Program-made: the position numbers and the translations under genes | NCBI GenBank assembly: GCA_043822705.1 | Contig: JBDRBK010000011.1 | Span: 1 to 22,085, forward strand | Length of the DNA: 22,085 bases | Direction of reading: 5' to 3' | Origin: Fidelibacterota bacterium | Lineage (GTDB): Bacteria > Fidelibacterota > Marinisomatia > Marinisomatales > TCS56 | Part shown: positions 1 to 8,890 of the stretch, one piece after another | Layout of the letters: each line of letters starts with the position of its first letter | Position numbering within the stretch: position 1 is the first letter of the stretch | Notes under the pieces: generated by a model | The model's input: the letters and a program-made list of their open reading frames with translations, nothing else | Databases searched by the model: none | Told to the model about the DNA's origin: nothing

Positions 1-220
1 TACCGTTTTCACTCTCCCGCGATATGGTGACGCTGACGCTGCCACGCTGCAGCACGTCCCGCACCCGCTCACGGATTTTCAATTCCAATTCCGCCGATAC
101 ATCCAGTCCCCGCAGTTTCTGGTCCAGATAACGTGAATTGAGCACGCGGACCTCCACCACCGCCCGATCGGACGCGCTGGAAGTAACACCTCTTCCGTAA
201 CCTGTCATGCTGATTATCAT
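1..220 (-). CDS. yicC: YicC/YloC family endoribonuclease, 5' part (runs off the left edge)
   Basis: Not in the ORF track. Manual translation from ATG at 220 gives MIISMTGYGRG...VVEVRVLNSRYLDQKLR...LELKIRERVRDVLQRGSVSVTI, matching the YicC N-terminal pattern SMTG(Y/F)G, E(I/V)RxxNxRYLD and RGxV. Confidence 0.9.
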   Translation of the reverse strand, partial: MIISMTGYGRGVTSSASDRAVVEVRVLNSRYLDQKLRGLDVSAELELKIRERVRDVLQRGSVSVTISRESENG

Positions 221-245
221 ATCGTTGATCGCTATTTAGCCTTTG

Positions 246-274
246 AAATTACATGCAAATATTATTGCATCCAA
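246..274 (-). promoter_or_regulatory. Putative sigma70-type promoter for yicC (TTGGAT-N17-TAATTT)
   Basis: Minus strand has TTGGAT (274-269), a 17-nt spacer and TAATTT (251-246). The same layout occurs upstream of ffh. Confidence 0.45.
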
Positions 275-299
275 TATAACTAATTGATTTAAAAGAAGC

Positions 300-1370
300 T
301 TATCCGGCTGGCTCAAAAACTGTCAAAAAAGCCCTGATCCACGTCGGATCGAGTTCAAAACTCAGGTAATGACCGGGGCCCAAACCGGAGTTGGCCGGTT
401 CCAGCCGATAGGCGTAATCAATGCCGATTCGATCCCAACGCACTCCAATGCCGGCAGTCATGATTTCCAGTTGATCGCGCCCGAAACGCAAATGAAATTT
501 ATCCTTGTAAATCAATTCCATGCCACAACTAAGACCGATTGTTCCCGATTTGGTGAACGGCGTCCCGGCGCCGGCCTGACGATTTGCCTGCAGCAAATCG
601 CCGACTATTGTCAAAGCTACCGGAATTCGGGAGGAAAACATGGTCTGCCGCCCTCCCAGACGCAGGGATGGCGCCGTTCGTTCGATCGTCCCCGAATCCC
701 AGACCAGCCACGAGGAGGTGAAATCATGGATCGTCAATCCGATCTCACCATTTGAGCCCAGCGATCGGTTAATGCCGATATCAAAGCCGATGCCGTTGCC
801 GCTGAATTCCGCCAGCGTGTGGTTCAGTCCTTTCAGGGCCAGTCCGATCAGATAGGGGCCCCGGCGTCTGGCGGAACTGATGTGAACGGCCAGTTGGCGT
901 TGCCGGAAATGCCGTAGACGTTCCTCATCCAGACGCTCGCCTTCGTCCAGAACACCGTTGTTTTCCCCGGCATCACCTGTGCCGGGCTGCCCGTCCGCAC
1001 CCCAGTCCAGCAGCAGCCCGCGGGTATCGGGCACCCGTTCCACGCCTTCGTACAGCAGTACCACGCCGAGCGGTAGTTGCGTCTCCGGTTTCAGAGTGAA
1101 GCCGAGCAGGTCGCTGGTGACGATGCCGGCAAAACGGCTCTGATGGGCATAGGTCAAATGTCCGGCCGCCACCGCCGTCAGGGCCGGATTTCCCAGCCGC
1201 GCCAGATCAAAATTACCGGTGGCATGCTGGCCGCCCAGGGCGATCAGACGGGCATCGGCGGCATTGGCAAAAGCCTGCCAGCCATAGCGTACCCAGACTG
1301 ATTCCGCCGGGCACAACAGCGGTAATGCCAGGATCAGCGCGAAACTGAATTTTTTAATATTAAAGCCCAT
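300..1370 (-). CDS. PorV/PorQ (UPF0164)-like secreted or outer-membrane beta-barrel protein
   Basis: N-terminal signal peptide; DARLIALGG and GNPA motifs like the PorV/PorQ N-terminus; amphipathic strands (GIGFDIG, LRFG, IDYAY). Start overlaps the end of mutS by 11 bp. Confidence 0.65.
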   Translation of the reverse strand: MGFNIKKFSFALILALPLLCPAESVWVRYGWQAFANAADARLIALGGQHATGNFDLARLGNPALTAVAAGHLTYAHQSRFAGIVTSDLLGFTLKPETQLPLGVVLLYEGVERVPDTRGLLLDWGADGQPGTGDAGENNGVLDEGERLDEERLRHFRQRQLAVHISSARRRGPYLIGLALKGLNHTLAEFSGNGIGFDIGINRSLGSNGEIGLTIHDFTSSWLVWDSGTIERTAPSLRLGGRQTMFSSRIPVALTIVGDLLQANRQAGAGTPFTKSGTIGLSCGMELIYKDKFHLRFGRDQLEIMTAGIGVRWDRIGIDYAYRLEPANSGLGPGHYLSFELDPTWIRAFLTVFEPAG

Positions 1371-3963
1371 GCTGCTTCTTAAGGTCGTCCAGCGCCTGTA
1401 ATGCTTCCAATGGTGTCAGATTGTTGATATCCAGATCGGTCAGTGCCTGGCGCAGTCTGGTTTCCTGTTCCGTGAACATCGATATCTGCTGAGACGCCGC
1501 CGGCGGGCCTGCGGTTCCCGAATCTATCGACAGTTCCAGATGGTGGTTTAATATGGATTTGGCACGCCGGATGACAGTAGCCGGCAACCCGGCCATCCGG
1601 GCGACATGGATACCGTAGCTTTTATCTCCCGGTCCCGGCAGGATTTTTCGCAGGAAAATGATCCGTTCACCGAATTCCTCGACGGCGGCATGATGATTTT
1701 CCAGCCGTTCCAGCGTATGTTCGAGATCGGTGAGTTCGTGATAGTGGGTGGCGAACAATGTGCGCGCCGCCACCGTCGCCGTGTTATGCAGATATTCGGT
1801 AATGGCCCAAGCCAGCGACAGACCGTCGAAAGTGGCTGTGCCGCGACCGATCTCATCCAGAATGATCAGGCTGCGGGCGGTAGCATTGTTCAGAATATTG
1901 GCCGCTTCGTTCATTTCCACCAGAAAAGTACTTTCGCCGCCGGCCAGGTTATCACTGGCCCCGACGCGCGTGAACAGTTTGTCGACCAGCCCGACGGTGG
2001 CTTTGGCAGCGGGGATGAAGGAACCGATCTGGGCCATCAGCACCAGCAGGCCGACCTGCCGCAGGTAGGTTGATTTTCCGGCCATGTTGGGTCCAGTGAT
2101 CAATAAAATCTGGCTGCTCCGGGCGTCCAGCCGAGTGTCGTTGGGAATGAAGCGCTCGGTGGCCGGCAACAGTCTTTCCACCACCGGATGCCTCCCGTCG
2201 CTGATCGTCAGCAGCGGTTCCTCGGTGAGCTCGGGACGGACATAATGGTTCTCGCCGGCCGTTGTGGCCAGGGCTGTCAGAAGATCGAGGCGGTTGTAGG
2301 CCCGGGCGTTGGCCTGAATCAGCTCGGCCGCCGACAGAATATACTGGCACAGCTCGCGGAAAATCCTGGTTTCAATAACATCGACCTGCTCTTCAGCGGT
2401 CAGAATTTTTTCCTCGTACTCCTTCAGATCCGGCGTTATATAGCGTTCCGAATTCACCAGCGTCTGCTTGCGGATATATTCTTCCGGCACCTTGTCCTGG
2501 TGGGCTTTGGTGATCTCAATATAATAACCGAATATGCGGTTGTAGCCGACTTTGAGGGTGGAGATTCCGGTGCGCTCGCGCTCGCCGGCCTGCATCCCGG
2601 CGATCCAATCCTTGCCACCGCGCGCCAGGTCGCGCCGCTCGTCCAGCTCGGGGTCGACACCGGGATTGATATAGTGCCCGGCTTTGAGCTGGGCCGGCGG
2701 GTCGGCCACCAGTGTGTTGCCGATCCGGGTATAAATTTCACTGCTGTCCTGAAAACGGGTGGCCAGTTCAGCCAGGGCTGTCTGGCCGGTGCCGGTCAGG
2801 GATCGAGTGATCGTCGGTACCAGTTCCAGGGCGGTGCCGAGGGCGCTCATATCACGGGGACCGGCCTTGCCCTGGCTGACCCGGCCGATGATCCGTTCGA
2901 TATCGGCAATTTGTCGCAGACTTCCGCGGATATCTTCCAGCACGCGCTTATGCGCCAACAATCCGGCGATCGTGTCGAGCCGCCGGTTCAGTCGTTCCAG
3001 ATCGGTCAGCGGCCGGTTCAACCACTGCCGCAACAGCCGTCCCCCGCCGGCGGTGATCGTCTGATCCAGAATATCGACCAGCGTACCGTGGGTGCCCTGG
3101 GTCGCCAGCGATTTAAAAACTTCCAGATTGCGAACCGTGAAACCATCCAAGCCCATGATATCTTCGTCATGCACCGGCCGCAGGCTCGAGATATGAGCCA
3201 AGGAGGCGTTCAGACCATCCCGCAGGTGCCGCAGCAGGGCGCCCCCGGCGGCCACGCCCAGCAACAATTCTTCGCAACCGAAACCTTTCAGCGAAGTCAC
3301 CTTGAAATGCTCGATCAGTGTGCGATACGACGATTCGTAGTTGAACAACCAGTCGTCGATTCGAGTGATGAATGGTTTCAGATCGCGGTACCAGCGATCG
3401 GTGGAATAAGTTGTATCCTGGCCGATCAGCACTTCCTGCGGGCCGAATTTCCGCAACGCTTCCGCCAAACGATTTTCGGGACAATCACCGACATAAAATT
3501 CGCCGGTGGATTGATCCAGCAACGCAAAGCCGGCCTGTTCCTTGCGGATCGTCAACGCCGCCAGGTAGCGGTTGGCTTTCTGGTCCAGGGCGCGTTCCGA
3601 GGTGATCGTTCCCGGCGTCACGACTTCGATCACTTCCCGCTTGACGATGCCCTTGGCCAGTTTGGGGTCCTCGACCTGTTCGCAAATGGCGACCCGATGA
3701 CCGGCGGCCACCAGCTTGTGCAAGTAATTGTCGAGGGCGTGGTAGGGGAATCCGGCCAACGGAATATCGGCGGCGGCGCCATTGGAACGCTTGGTCAGTA
3801 CGATCCCCAGCACCCGTGAGGTAATCTGGGCGTCTTCCGCGAAAGTCTCATAAAAATCGCCCATGCGGAACAGCACCAGCGTATCGGGATACTGCTGCTT
3901 GACCTCCTGGTACTGGCGCATCAGCGGTGTCCCGCCGACTGGCAGGCTGGTTTTCCTGCTCAT
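1360..3963 (-). CDS. mutS: DNA mismatch repair protein MutS (MutS1)
   Basis: TPLMRQY, FRMGDFYETF mismatch-binding motif, ITGPNMAGKSTYLRQ Walker A, STFLVEM, ILDEIGRGT, FATHYHEL, SYGIHVA; 867 aa. Confidence 0.99.
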   Translation of the reverse strand: MSRKTSLPVGGTPLMRQYQEVKQQYPDTLVLFRMGDFYETFAEDAQITSRVLGIVLTKRSNGAAADIPLAGFPYHALDNYLHKLVAAGHRVAICEQVEDPKLAKGIVKREVIEVVTPGTITSERALDQKANRYLAALTIRKEQAGFALLDQSTGEFYVGDCPENRLAEALRKFGPQEVLIGQDTTYSTDRWYRDLKPFITRIDDWLFNYESSYRTLIEHFKVTSLKGFGCEELLLGVAAGGALLRHLRDGLNASLAHISSLRPVHDEDIMGLDGFTVRNLEVFKSLATQGTHGTLVDILDQTITAGGGRLLRQWLNRPLTDLERLNRRLDTIAGLLAHKRVLEDIRGSLRQIADIERIIGRVSQGKAGPRDMSALGTALELVPTITRSLTGTGQTALAELATRFQDSSEIYTRIGNTLVADPPAQLKAGHYINPGVDPELDERRDLARGGKDWIAGMQAGERERTGISTLKVGYNRIFGYYIEITKAHQDKVPEEYIRKQTLVNSERYITPDLKEYEEKILTAEEQVDVIETRIFRELCQYILSAAELIQANARAYNRLDLLTALATTAGENHYVRPELTEEPLLTISDGRHPVVERLLPATERFIPNDTRLDARSSQILLITGPNMAGKSTYLRQVGLLVLMAQIGSFIPAAKATVGLVDKLFTRVGASDNLAGGESTFLVEMNEAANILNNATARSLIILDEIGRGTATFDGLSLAWAITEYLHNTATVAARTLFATHYHELTDLEHTLERLENHHAAVEEFGERIIFLRKILPGPGDKSYGIHVARMAGLPATVIRRAKSILNHHLELSIDSGTAGPPAASQQISMFTEQETRLRQALTDLDINNLTPLEALQALDDLKKQHGL

Positions 3964-5834
3964 ACCAGACCCCGGCCGGCTACGCGATTATAACCGCTGC
4001 GGATTGTGAAATTGTTATTGTCGCAATACTCCAGCAGCGGAATGGCGGTTTTCCGGGTCGTCCCGGTCAAATCCTTGAATGTACCCACGTCCAGTTCCGC
4101 CGTCTGCCGGAAATGATTTTTCAGTAAATTGACCAGTTCGCAGATCCGGTCCGCATGGAACCATAACCCGGACTGTACTTCAACTGCGGTGCCCTGTTCC
4201 TTCAAAATATGCAACAACTCGAAGATTTTTGCCGGCAGCTGAGTGGTCAGTTCCGGTAACTCGGCTAATGTCGGCGGAGCGAAGCGGCCGGCCAACAGCA
4301 GCGCCACGATCCGGTCGGCGGTCCGGCGATCCCCCGGGGCCAGATCGACCGAATGGTCCGCCAGGGCGATACCGCCACTGCCCCGGATCACGTGGCCATC
4401 AGCGATCAGTCCCTGCACGACAAAATCAAACCAGGGTGGGGAAAAATTCAATTCACCGCGGATCGCTTCCCGGCTGACGATTCGGCGGTAGGGATTTTTA
4501 CGATGATACCCGGCCAGGTAGTCAAGCAGCGCAGTCCGGCCGGCGGCCAGGTTGCCGGCTTCGTAAACAATGTCATTATCCGGGATATTAAGCAATCCCA
4601 ATTGGCTGCACAATGATCGCACGGTCGCCTCCGAAAGATGGAACCGCCGCACCCACAGACCAACTGTCCGGGGATTGGTCCTTTCCCGCCCGACAAACTG
4701 GCCGAACCGCTCCGGCATAGCGGCTGACAGGCGCCCGGCCCAATCCCGCAGGGCGCGACCGCGCAGCTTCGGTTCCGGGTCCAATACCAGGCCGCCGCCG
4801 ATGGTTTCCATGGGCGAGTAGGAACGGATCACGAAACGGTCGTCCATCGCCGCCACCACCGGTTGTTCGCAGGCGACCAGGGCGTTGGCGCTCTGGCCGG
4901 CCTCCAGCAGTCGGGTAGCGAGTGGCGACAGCCGCGCCAGTACCTCGGCCGTACCGATATGCAGATGAACCCGCTGGTTTTTTTTCACCTGCCAGCGGGA
5001 ACCGGGCAACAGTGTAATTCGGGCGATAAAAACAGTGCCGGCATTCAGCCAGCCCGGAGTCGTTAGTTCGGAACCTCGGACAATCCTGTCGCTGTCGGTG
5101 CCGGCCAGGTTTATCGCCGCGCGGTCGCCGATGGCTACAGTGTCTACCTCTACTCCGTGACTTTGCAGGCTGCGAATCTTGGCCTTCAGATCGCCGGGCA
5201 GGATGCGGACATCATTGCCGACCGCGGCCTGACCGGAAATAACGGTGCCGGTCACCACTGCACCGAAACCTTTCTTGATGAATACGCGGTCCACCTGATG
5301 CCGGAAAAATCCGCGGTCAGTGGCAGCAACCGCCGTCGTGGCAGCCGCGATGATTAACTGGCGCAGTTCTTCGATCCCGGCGGTGGTGGCAGTGGAGGTC
5401 CTGATGATTGGTGCTGTTTCCAGAAAAGTGCCGGCCACCAGCTCGCCGATTTCCGCTTCCACCAGATCCAGCCAGTCCGGATCGGCGGCCAGATCGACTT
5501 TGGTAATTACAATTATTCCACGGGGAATACCAAGCAGTTTCAGAATGTTCAGGTGTTCGATCGTCTGCGGCATGACGCCGTCGTCGGCCGCGATGACCAG
5601 CAGAGCGAGATGGATCGTGGACACACCGGCCACCATATTGCGGATAAAGCGCTCGTGTCCGGGTACATCGATGATCGTGATCGCGTCGGTCAGAAAGGCG
5701 AAACCCAGATCGATGGTCATCCCTCGGGCCTTTTCTTCCGCCAACCGGTCGGTATCGACACCGGTCAGGGCCTTGACCAGGGCGGTCTTGCCATGGTCGA
5801 TATGTCCGGCCGTCCCGATTACAAACTGCGCCAT
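3960..5834 (-). CDS. selB: Selenocysteine-specific translation elongation factor SelB
   Basis: GTAGHIDHGKT, EEKARGMTIDLGFA, DVPGHERF, TKVD; C-terminal winged-helix TRKTAIPLLEYCD; 624 aa; directly downstream of selA. Confidence 0.98.
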   Translation of the reverse strand: MAQFVIGTAGHIDHGKTALVKALTGVDTDRLAEEKARGMTIDLGFAFLTDAITIIDVPGHERFIRNMVAGVSTIHLALLVIAADDGVMPQTIEHLNILKLLGIPRGIIVITKVDLAADPDWLDLVEAEIGELVAGTFLETAPIIRTSTATTAGIEELRQLIIAAATTAVAATDRGFFRHQVDRVFIKKGFGAVVTGTVISGQAAVGNDVRILPGDLKAKIRSLQSHGVEVDTVAIGDRAAINLAGTDSDRIVRGSELTTPGWLNAGTVFIARITLLPGSRWQVKKNQRVHLHIGTAEVLARLSPLATRLLEAGQSANALVACEQPVVAAMDDRFVIRSYSPMETIGGGLVLDPEPKLRGRALRDWAGRLSAAMPERFGQFVGRERTNPRTVGLWVRRFHLSEATVRSLCSQLGLLNIPDNDIVYEAGNLAAGRTALLDYLAGYHRKNPYRRIVSREAIRGELNFSPPWFDFVVQGLIADGHVIRGSGGIALADHSVDLAPGDRRTADRIVALLLAGRFAPPTLAELPELTTQLPAKIFELLHILKEQGTAVEVQSGLWFHADRICELVNLLKNHFRQTAELDVGTFKDLTGTTRKTAIPLLEYCDNNNFTIRSGYNRVAGRGLV

Positions 5835-5835
5835 A

Positions 5836-7203
5836 TCAGATCCCGGCGATGGCTTTCGCCAACCGCGGCAATTGTTCCGGCAGAACGGCTTTCAGATCGA
5901 TAAAAAAATATTCATCGTGGATGTACCCAACGATCGGCTTTTCACCGTTACGGAATAGTCGGGCTAAAACAGTTGTTTTGATTTTCACCGGCTTGAACCG
6001 TAGCGCGGCGCTGGGCAACTTGGCTACCGGCAAAGAGCCGCTGCCGGCCTCGACCTGTGATTCCACCAGTTCGATTCCCAGTTCGCTGATTGTCTCCGGG
6101 GCTAATGCCGCCAGCACCTGCCGTCCCCGTTCCAGCAGTGTTTCGCGGCTGGTTGATAGCAGTTCCCAGGCCAGATTTTCCGGCGCTACAGTCGTGCCGT
6201 CGTAGGTGTTCAGGATGGTTTCCAGCAGGGCGATATTAACCTTGTCACAGCGGACCACCCGGTAGATCGGATTGGCGTGAATCCGGCTGATGCTGGCGGC
6301 ATCACCGGCGATCAGGCCGGCCTGTGGCCCACCCAGCAGTTTATCCCCGGAAAAAGTGACCACCGCAACGCCTTTTTTCAGGATTTCGGCGACCTGCGGT
6401 TCCGTCGGCAGACCCCGCGACGGCAGATCGATCAAAGCACCGCTGCCAAGGTCCGCCACGACCGGCAGACCATGCTGCCGGCCCAGTGCCACCAGGTCCT
6501 CCAGGGTGACTTCGGCGGTAAAACCACGAACGACATAATTACTGGTGTGCGCCCACAACAGCAGGGCTGTGCACTGGTTGATCGCCTCGGCATAATCCCG
6601 CAGATGGGTCCGGTTGGTGGTGCCCACCTCCTGCATGACGCAACCGCTCTTGGCGATAATATCGGGAATCCGGAAGGAGCCGCCGATCTCTACCTGCTGC
6701 CCGCGGGAAACGATTACTTCACGGTTCTCGGCCAGGGTGTTGAGGGTCAGAAAAACGGCGGCGGCGTTATTATTGACCAGCAGCGCATCCTCGGCGCCGA
6801 CCAGGGCTGCCAGCAGCGGCGCCACATGATCGTTGCGCTCGCCGCGTTCGCCCGTATCAAGATCGAATTCCAGGTTGACATAACCACCCAACCGCTCACC
6901 CAAGCCAGTCAGGATTTCCGGCGACAGGGGCGCCCGACCCAGTCCCGTATGCAGGACCACGCCGGTAGCATTGATCACGTTTTTCAGTCGCGGAAACCGG
7001 TTAGAGTGGATATAATCGATGATTTTTTGTGTTAGCTGGCGTCGGTCCAGTGCCAGTTCACCCCGTTGTGCCAGCCCGCGATAGTATTCCAGTTGACGCT
7101 GGATTAAGCGGATCACCAGCGGCCGCGGCAGGCCCGGATTCGGTGGCAGCAACTGCAGGACTTCCGACACGGAAGGAATGTGTTTTAATTGGTTTTCCGA
7201 CAT
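5836..7203 (-). CDS. selA: L-seryl-tRNA(Sec) selenium transferase SelA
   Basis: VINATGVVLHTGLGRA, VNNNAAA, VSRGQQVEIGGSFRIPD, EVGTTNRT, DLGSG, FSGDKLLGGPQAG (PLP lysine). Start moved to ATG 7203 (MSENQLKHIPSV), which follows AAGG, rather than 7236. Confidence 0.98.
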   Translation of the reverse strand: MSENQLKHIPSVSEVLQLLPPNPGLPRPLVIRLIQRQLEYYRGLAQRGELALDRRQLTQKIIDYIHSNRFPRLKNVINATGVVLHTGLGRAPLSPEILTGLGERLGGYVNLEFDLDTGERGERNDHVAPLLAALVGAEDALLVNNNAAAVFLTLNTLAENREVIVSRGQQVEIGGSFRIPDIIAKSGCVMQEVGTTNRTHLRDYAEAINQCTALLLWAHTSNYVVRGFTAEVTLEDLVALGRQHGLPVVADLGSGALIDLPSRGLPTEPQVAEILKKGVAVVTFSGDKLLGGPQAGLIAGDAASISRIHANPIYRVVRCDKVNIALLETILNTYDGTTVAPENLAWELLSTSRETLLERGRQVLAALAPETISELGIELVESQVEAGSGSLPVAKLPSAALRFKPVKIKTTVLARLFRNGEKPIVGYIHDEYFFIDLKAVLPEQLPRLAKAIAGI

Positions 7204-7216
7204 TTTGGCCTTAAAA

Positions 7217-7244
7217 CTTGTAACAAATCCACCCAAATTACAAG
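7217..7244. promoter_or_regulatory. Inverted repeat CTTGTAA-N14-TTACAAG just upstream of selA (operator or 5'-UTR hairpin)
   Basis: Perfect 7-bp arms at 7217-7223 and 7238-7244, ending 13 nt before the selA ATG. Confidence 0.4.
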
Positions 7245-7292
7245 CAGAAAGCGTTGCTCAGGATACTAATCCGGAACGACGACGAAATCTAC

Positions 7293-8480
7293 TCAGGCGG
7301 CCGTGCCCGAAGCAGTCCGCGGCAGCAGGCGTAGCAGGCGCCAGACCAGTAGCAGTGTCGGCACGATGACCAGCGCCATCACTGGAAATACGTAGGCGAC
7401 GCCGAACCGCTCGGCAATGTAACCGCCGACAGCGGCACCGACCGAACCGACGCCAAAACTCAGAAAGAAATTGATCCCGTAGCCGATCCCGCGGGCCCGA
7501 CTGTGGGTTAAATTGGCGATCAGGGCGTTAGTCACCGGCTGCATCGCGAAATGGACGATGCCGAAACCAATGGCGGTCACGATCAGCAGCGTTTCGGTGG
7601 TAAAGCCGACGATCATCAGCAAGGGTATATTGAGGGATAACAGGACTGCCAGTAAAGCCGGTCGATAGTAGCGATCACCCAGGTGGCCGCCGATGATCTG
7701 ACCGACCACCCCCCCTAAAAAGACTATCGTCGTAAACAACCCGCCACGGATGGTGACTGATAAAAATTCAGTGATTTCCGCCGCGTTCAGAGAAAAATGT
7801 GTCGGCATAAAAGTGGTAAAACCGGCGAAGGCCAATCCCATAAAAACCGATATCAGGTAGAAAATAATCAGGGCCGGACGGTTGGTGACGCTGGTATTCT
7901 GGGCGTCGTCTTCGAGGGCACTACCAGCCGTGCGTGGCGGAATCATCCGGGTGGTGACGAAAGCCAGCGCCAGATTAAACAGGGCCATTATCGCAAAGGC
8001 GGCCCGCCAGGAAAACAAGTCGGTGACGCTGGCGGCGATTAGGGGCCCCAGGGCCAGGCCGCTGGTGCCGGCCACGCCGTGGTAAGCCAGGGCACGACTC
8101 AAATTTTTCACCCGGCGCGAAATCAGGGTCAGTCCGGCCGGATGGTACAGACTGGCAAAGAATCCCAGAACCATCATACCGACCGTCAGCATCGTCAGCG
8201 AGCGGGAAATCACGATGAGCGCCACCGCCGCTGCCGTACCGGTCTGATAGATCAGCAGCAGGCGCCGACCGCCCAGCCGTTTTTCCAGAAATCCCGCCGG
8301 TAGCGCGCCCAGGCCGAACATGAATGAACTTGCGGCAACAATATAGCCGAGTGTGTCGAGACCGACTCCGAATTCTCCCTGCAACACCAACAGGATGCTG
8401 GGCAGCACCAGCATCAGTGTATGAACGGTCAGGTGTGACCCACAGGTTACCGCTAATATGATTTTTGTATCGCGCTGCAT
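7293..8480 (-). CDS. MFS transporter, substrate unknown
   Basis: 395 aa with about 12 hydrophobic segments; motif A-like GFLEKRLGGRR and GGHLGDRYYR; YHP motif seen in FSR/MFS_1-type members. Confidence 0.9.
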   Translation of the reverse strand: MQRDTKIILAVTCGSHLTVHTLMLVLPSILLVLQGEFGVGLDTLGYIVAASSFMFGLGALPAGFLEKRLGGRRLLLIYQTGTAAAVALIVISRSLTMLTVGMMVLGFFASLYHPAGLTLISRRVKNLSRALAYHGVAGTSGLALGPLIAASVTDLFSWRAAFAIMALFNLALAFVTTRMIPPRTAGSALEDDAQNTSVTNRPALIIFYLISVFMGLAFAGFTTFMPTHFSLNAAEITEFLSVTIRGGLFTTIVFLGGVVGQIIGGHLGDRYYRPALLAVLLSLNIPLLMIVGFTTETLLIVTAIGFGIVHFAMQPVTNALIANLTHSRARGIGYGINFFLSFGVGSVGAAVGGYIAERFGVAYVFPVMALVIVPTLLLVWRLLRLLPRTASGTAA

Positions 8481-8487
8481 CCGGATA

Positions 8488-8524
8488 TGAAAAACCCCTG
8501 TTTTCTGATTGACAACAGGGGTTT
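8488..8524 (-). terminator. Intrinsic terminator after rplS
   Basis: Perfect 11-bp inverted repeat AAACCCCTGTT (8492-8502) / AACAGGGGTTT (8514-8524); on the minus strand the stem runs into TTTTT. Confidence 0.75.
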
Positions 8525-8542
8525 GACATTAATGTTAATATT

Positions 8543-8890
8543 TTAGCGTTTCTCGGAAATCCTGGTGGCCTTGCTGCCGGTCAGTTTCCGCAGGTAGTTC
8601 AGTTTGGCGCGGCGCACTTTACCACGGCGTACGACTTCGATGCTTTTAATCATCGGAGAATGCACTGGGAAAATCCGTTCGACACCAACACCGCCGGATA
8701 TCTTACGGACGGTGAATGTGGCGCTGATACTGTTGCCGCCCTGCCGGCCGATGACTATACCACGATAATGCTGGGTCCGTTCCTTGCCGCCCTCGATGAC
8801 GCGAACATTGACATCAATCGTATCACCAGGACCGAATACCGGAATATCATTCCGCAGTTGGTTTTCCGTAACTTTATCTAGTTTATTCAT
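8543..8890 (-). CDS. rplS: 50S ribosomal protein L19
   Basis: [54 protein letters not shown]; canonical position after trmD. Confidence 0.99.
   Translation of the reverse strand: MNKLDKVTENQLRNDIPVFGPGDTIDVNVRVIEGGKERTQHYRGIVIGRQGGNSISATFTVRKISGGVGVERIFPVHSPMIKSIEVVRRGKVRRAKLNYLRKLTGSKATRISEKR

Noticed and set aside
2188..3819. 543-aa plus-strand ORF, and similar long antisense ORFs at 6277-7035, 5320-5958 and 11457-12101
   Set aside because: Antisense shadows of mutS, selA, selB and ffh caused by GC-rich codon bias; no recognisable motifs.
5832..5838. SelA-SelB fusion by UGA read-through
   Set aside because: The junction is TGA-T-ATG, so selB is out of frame with selA.
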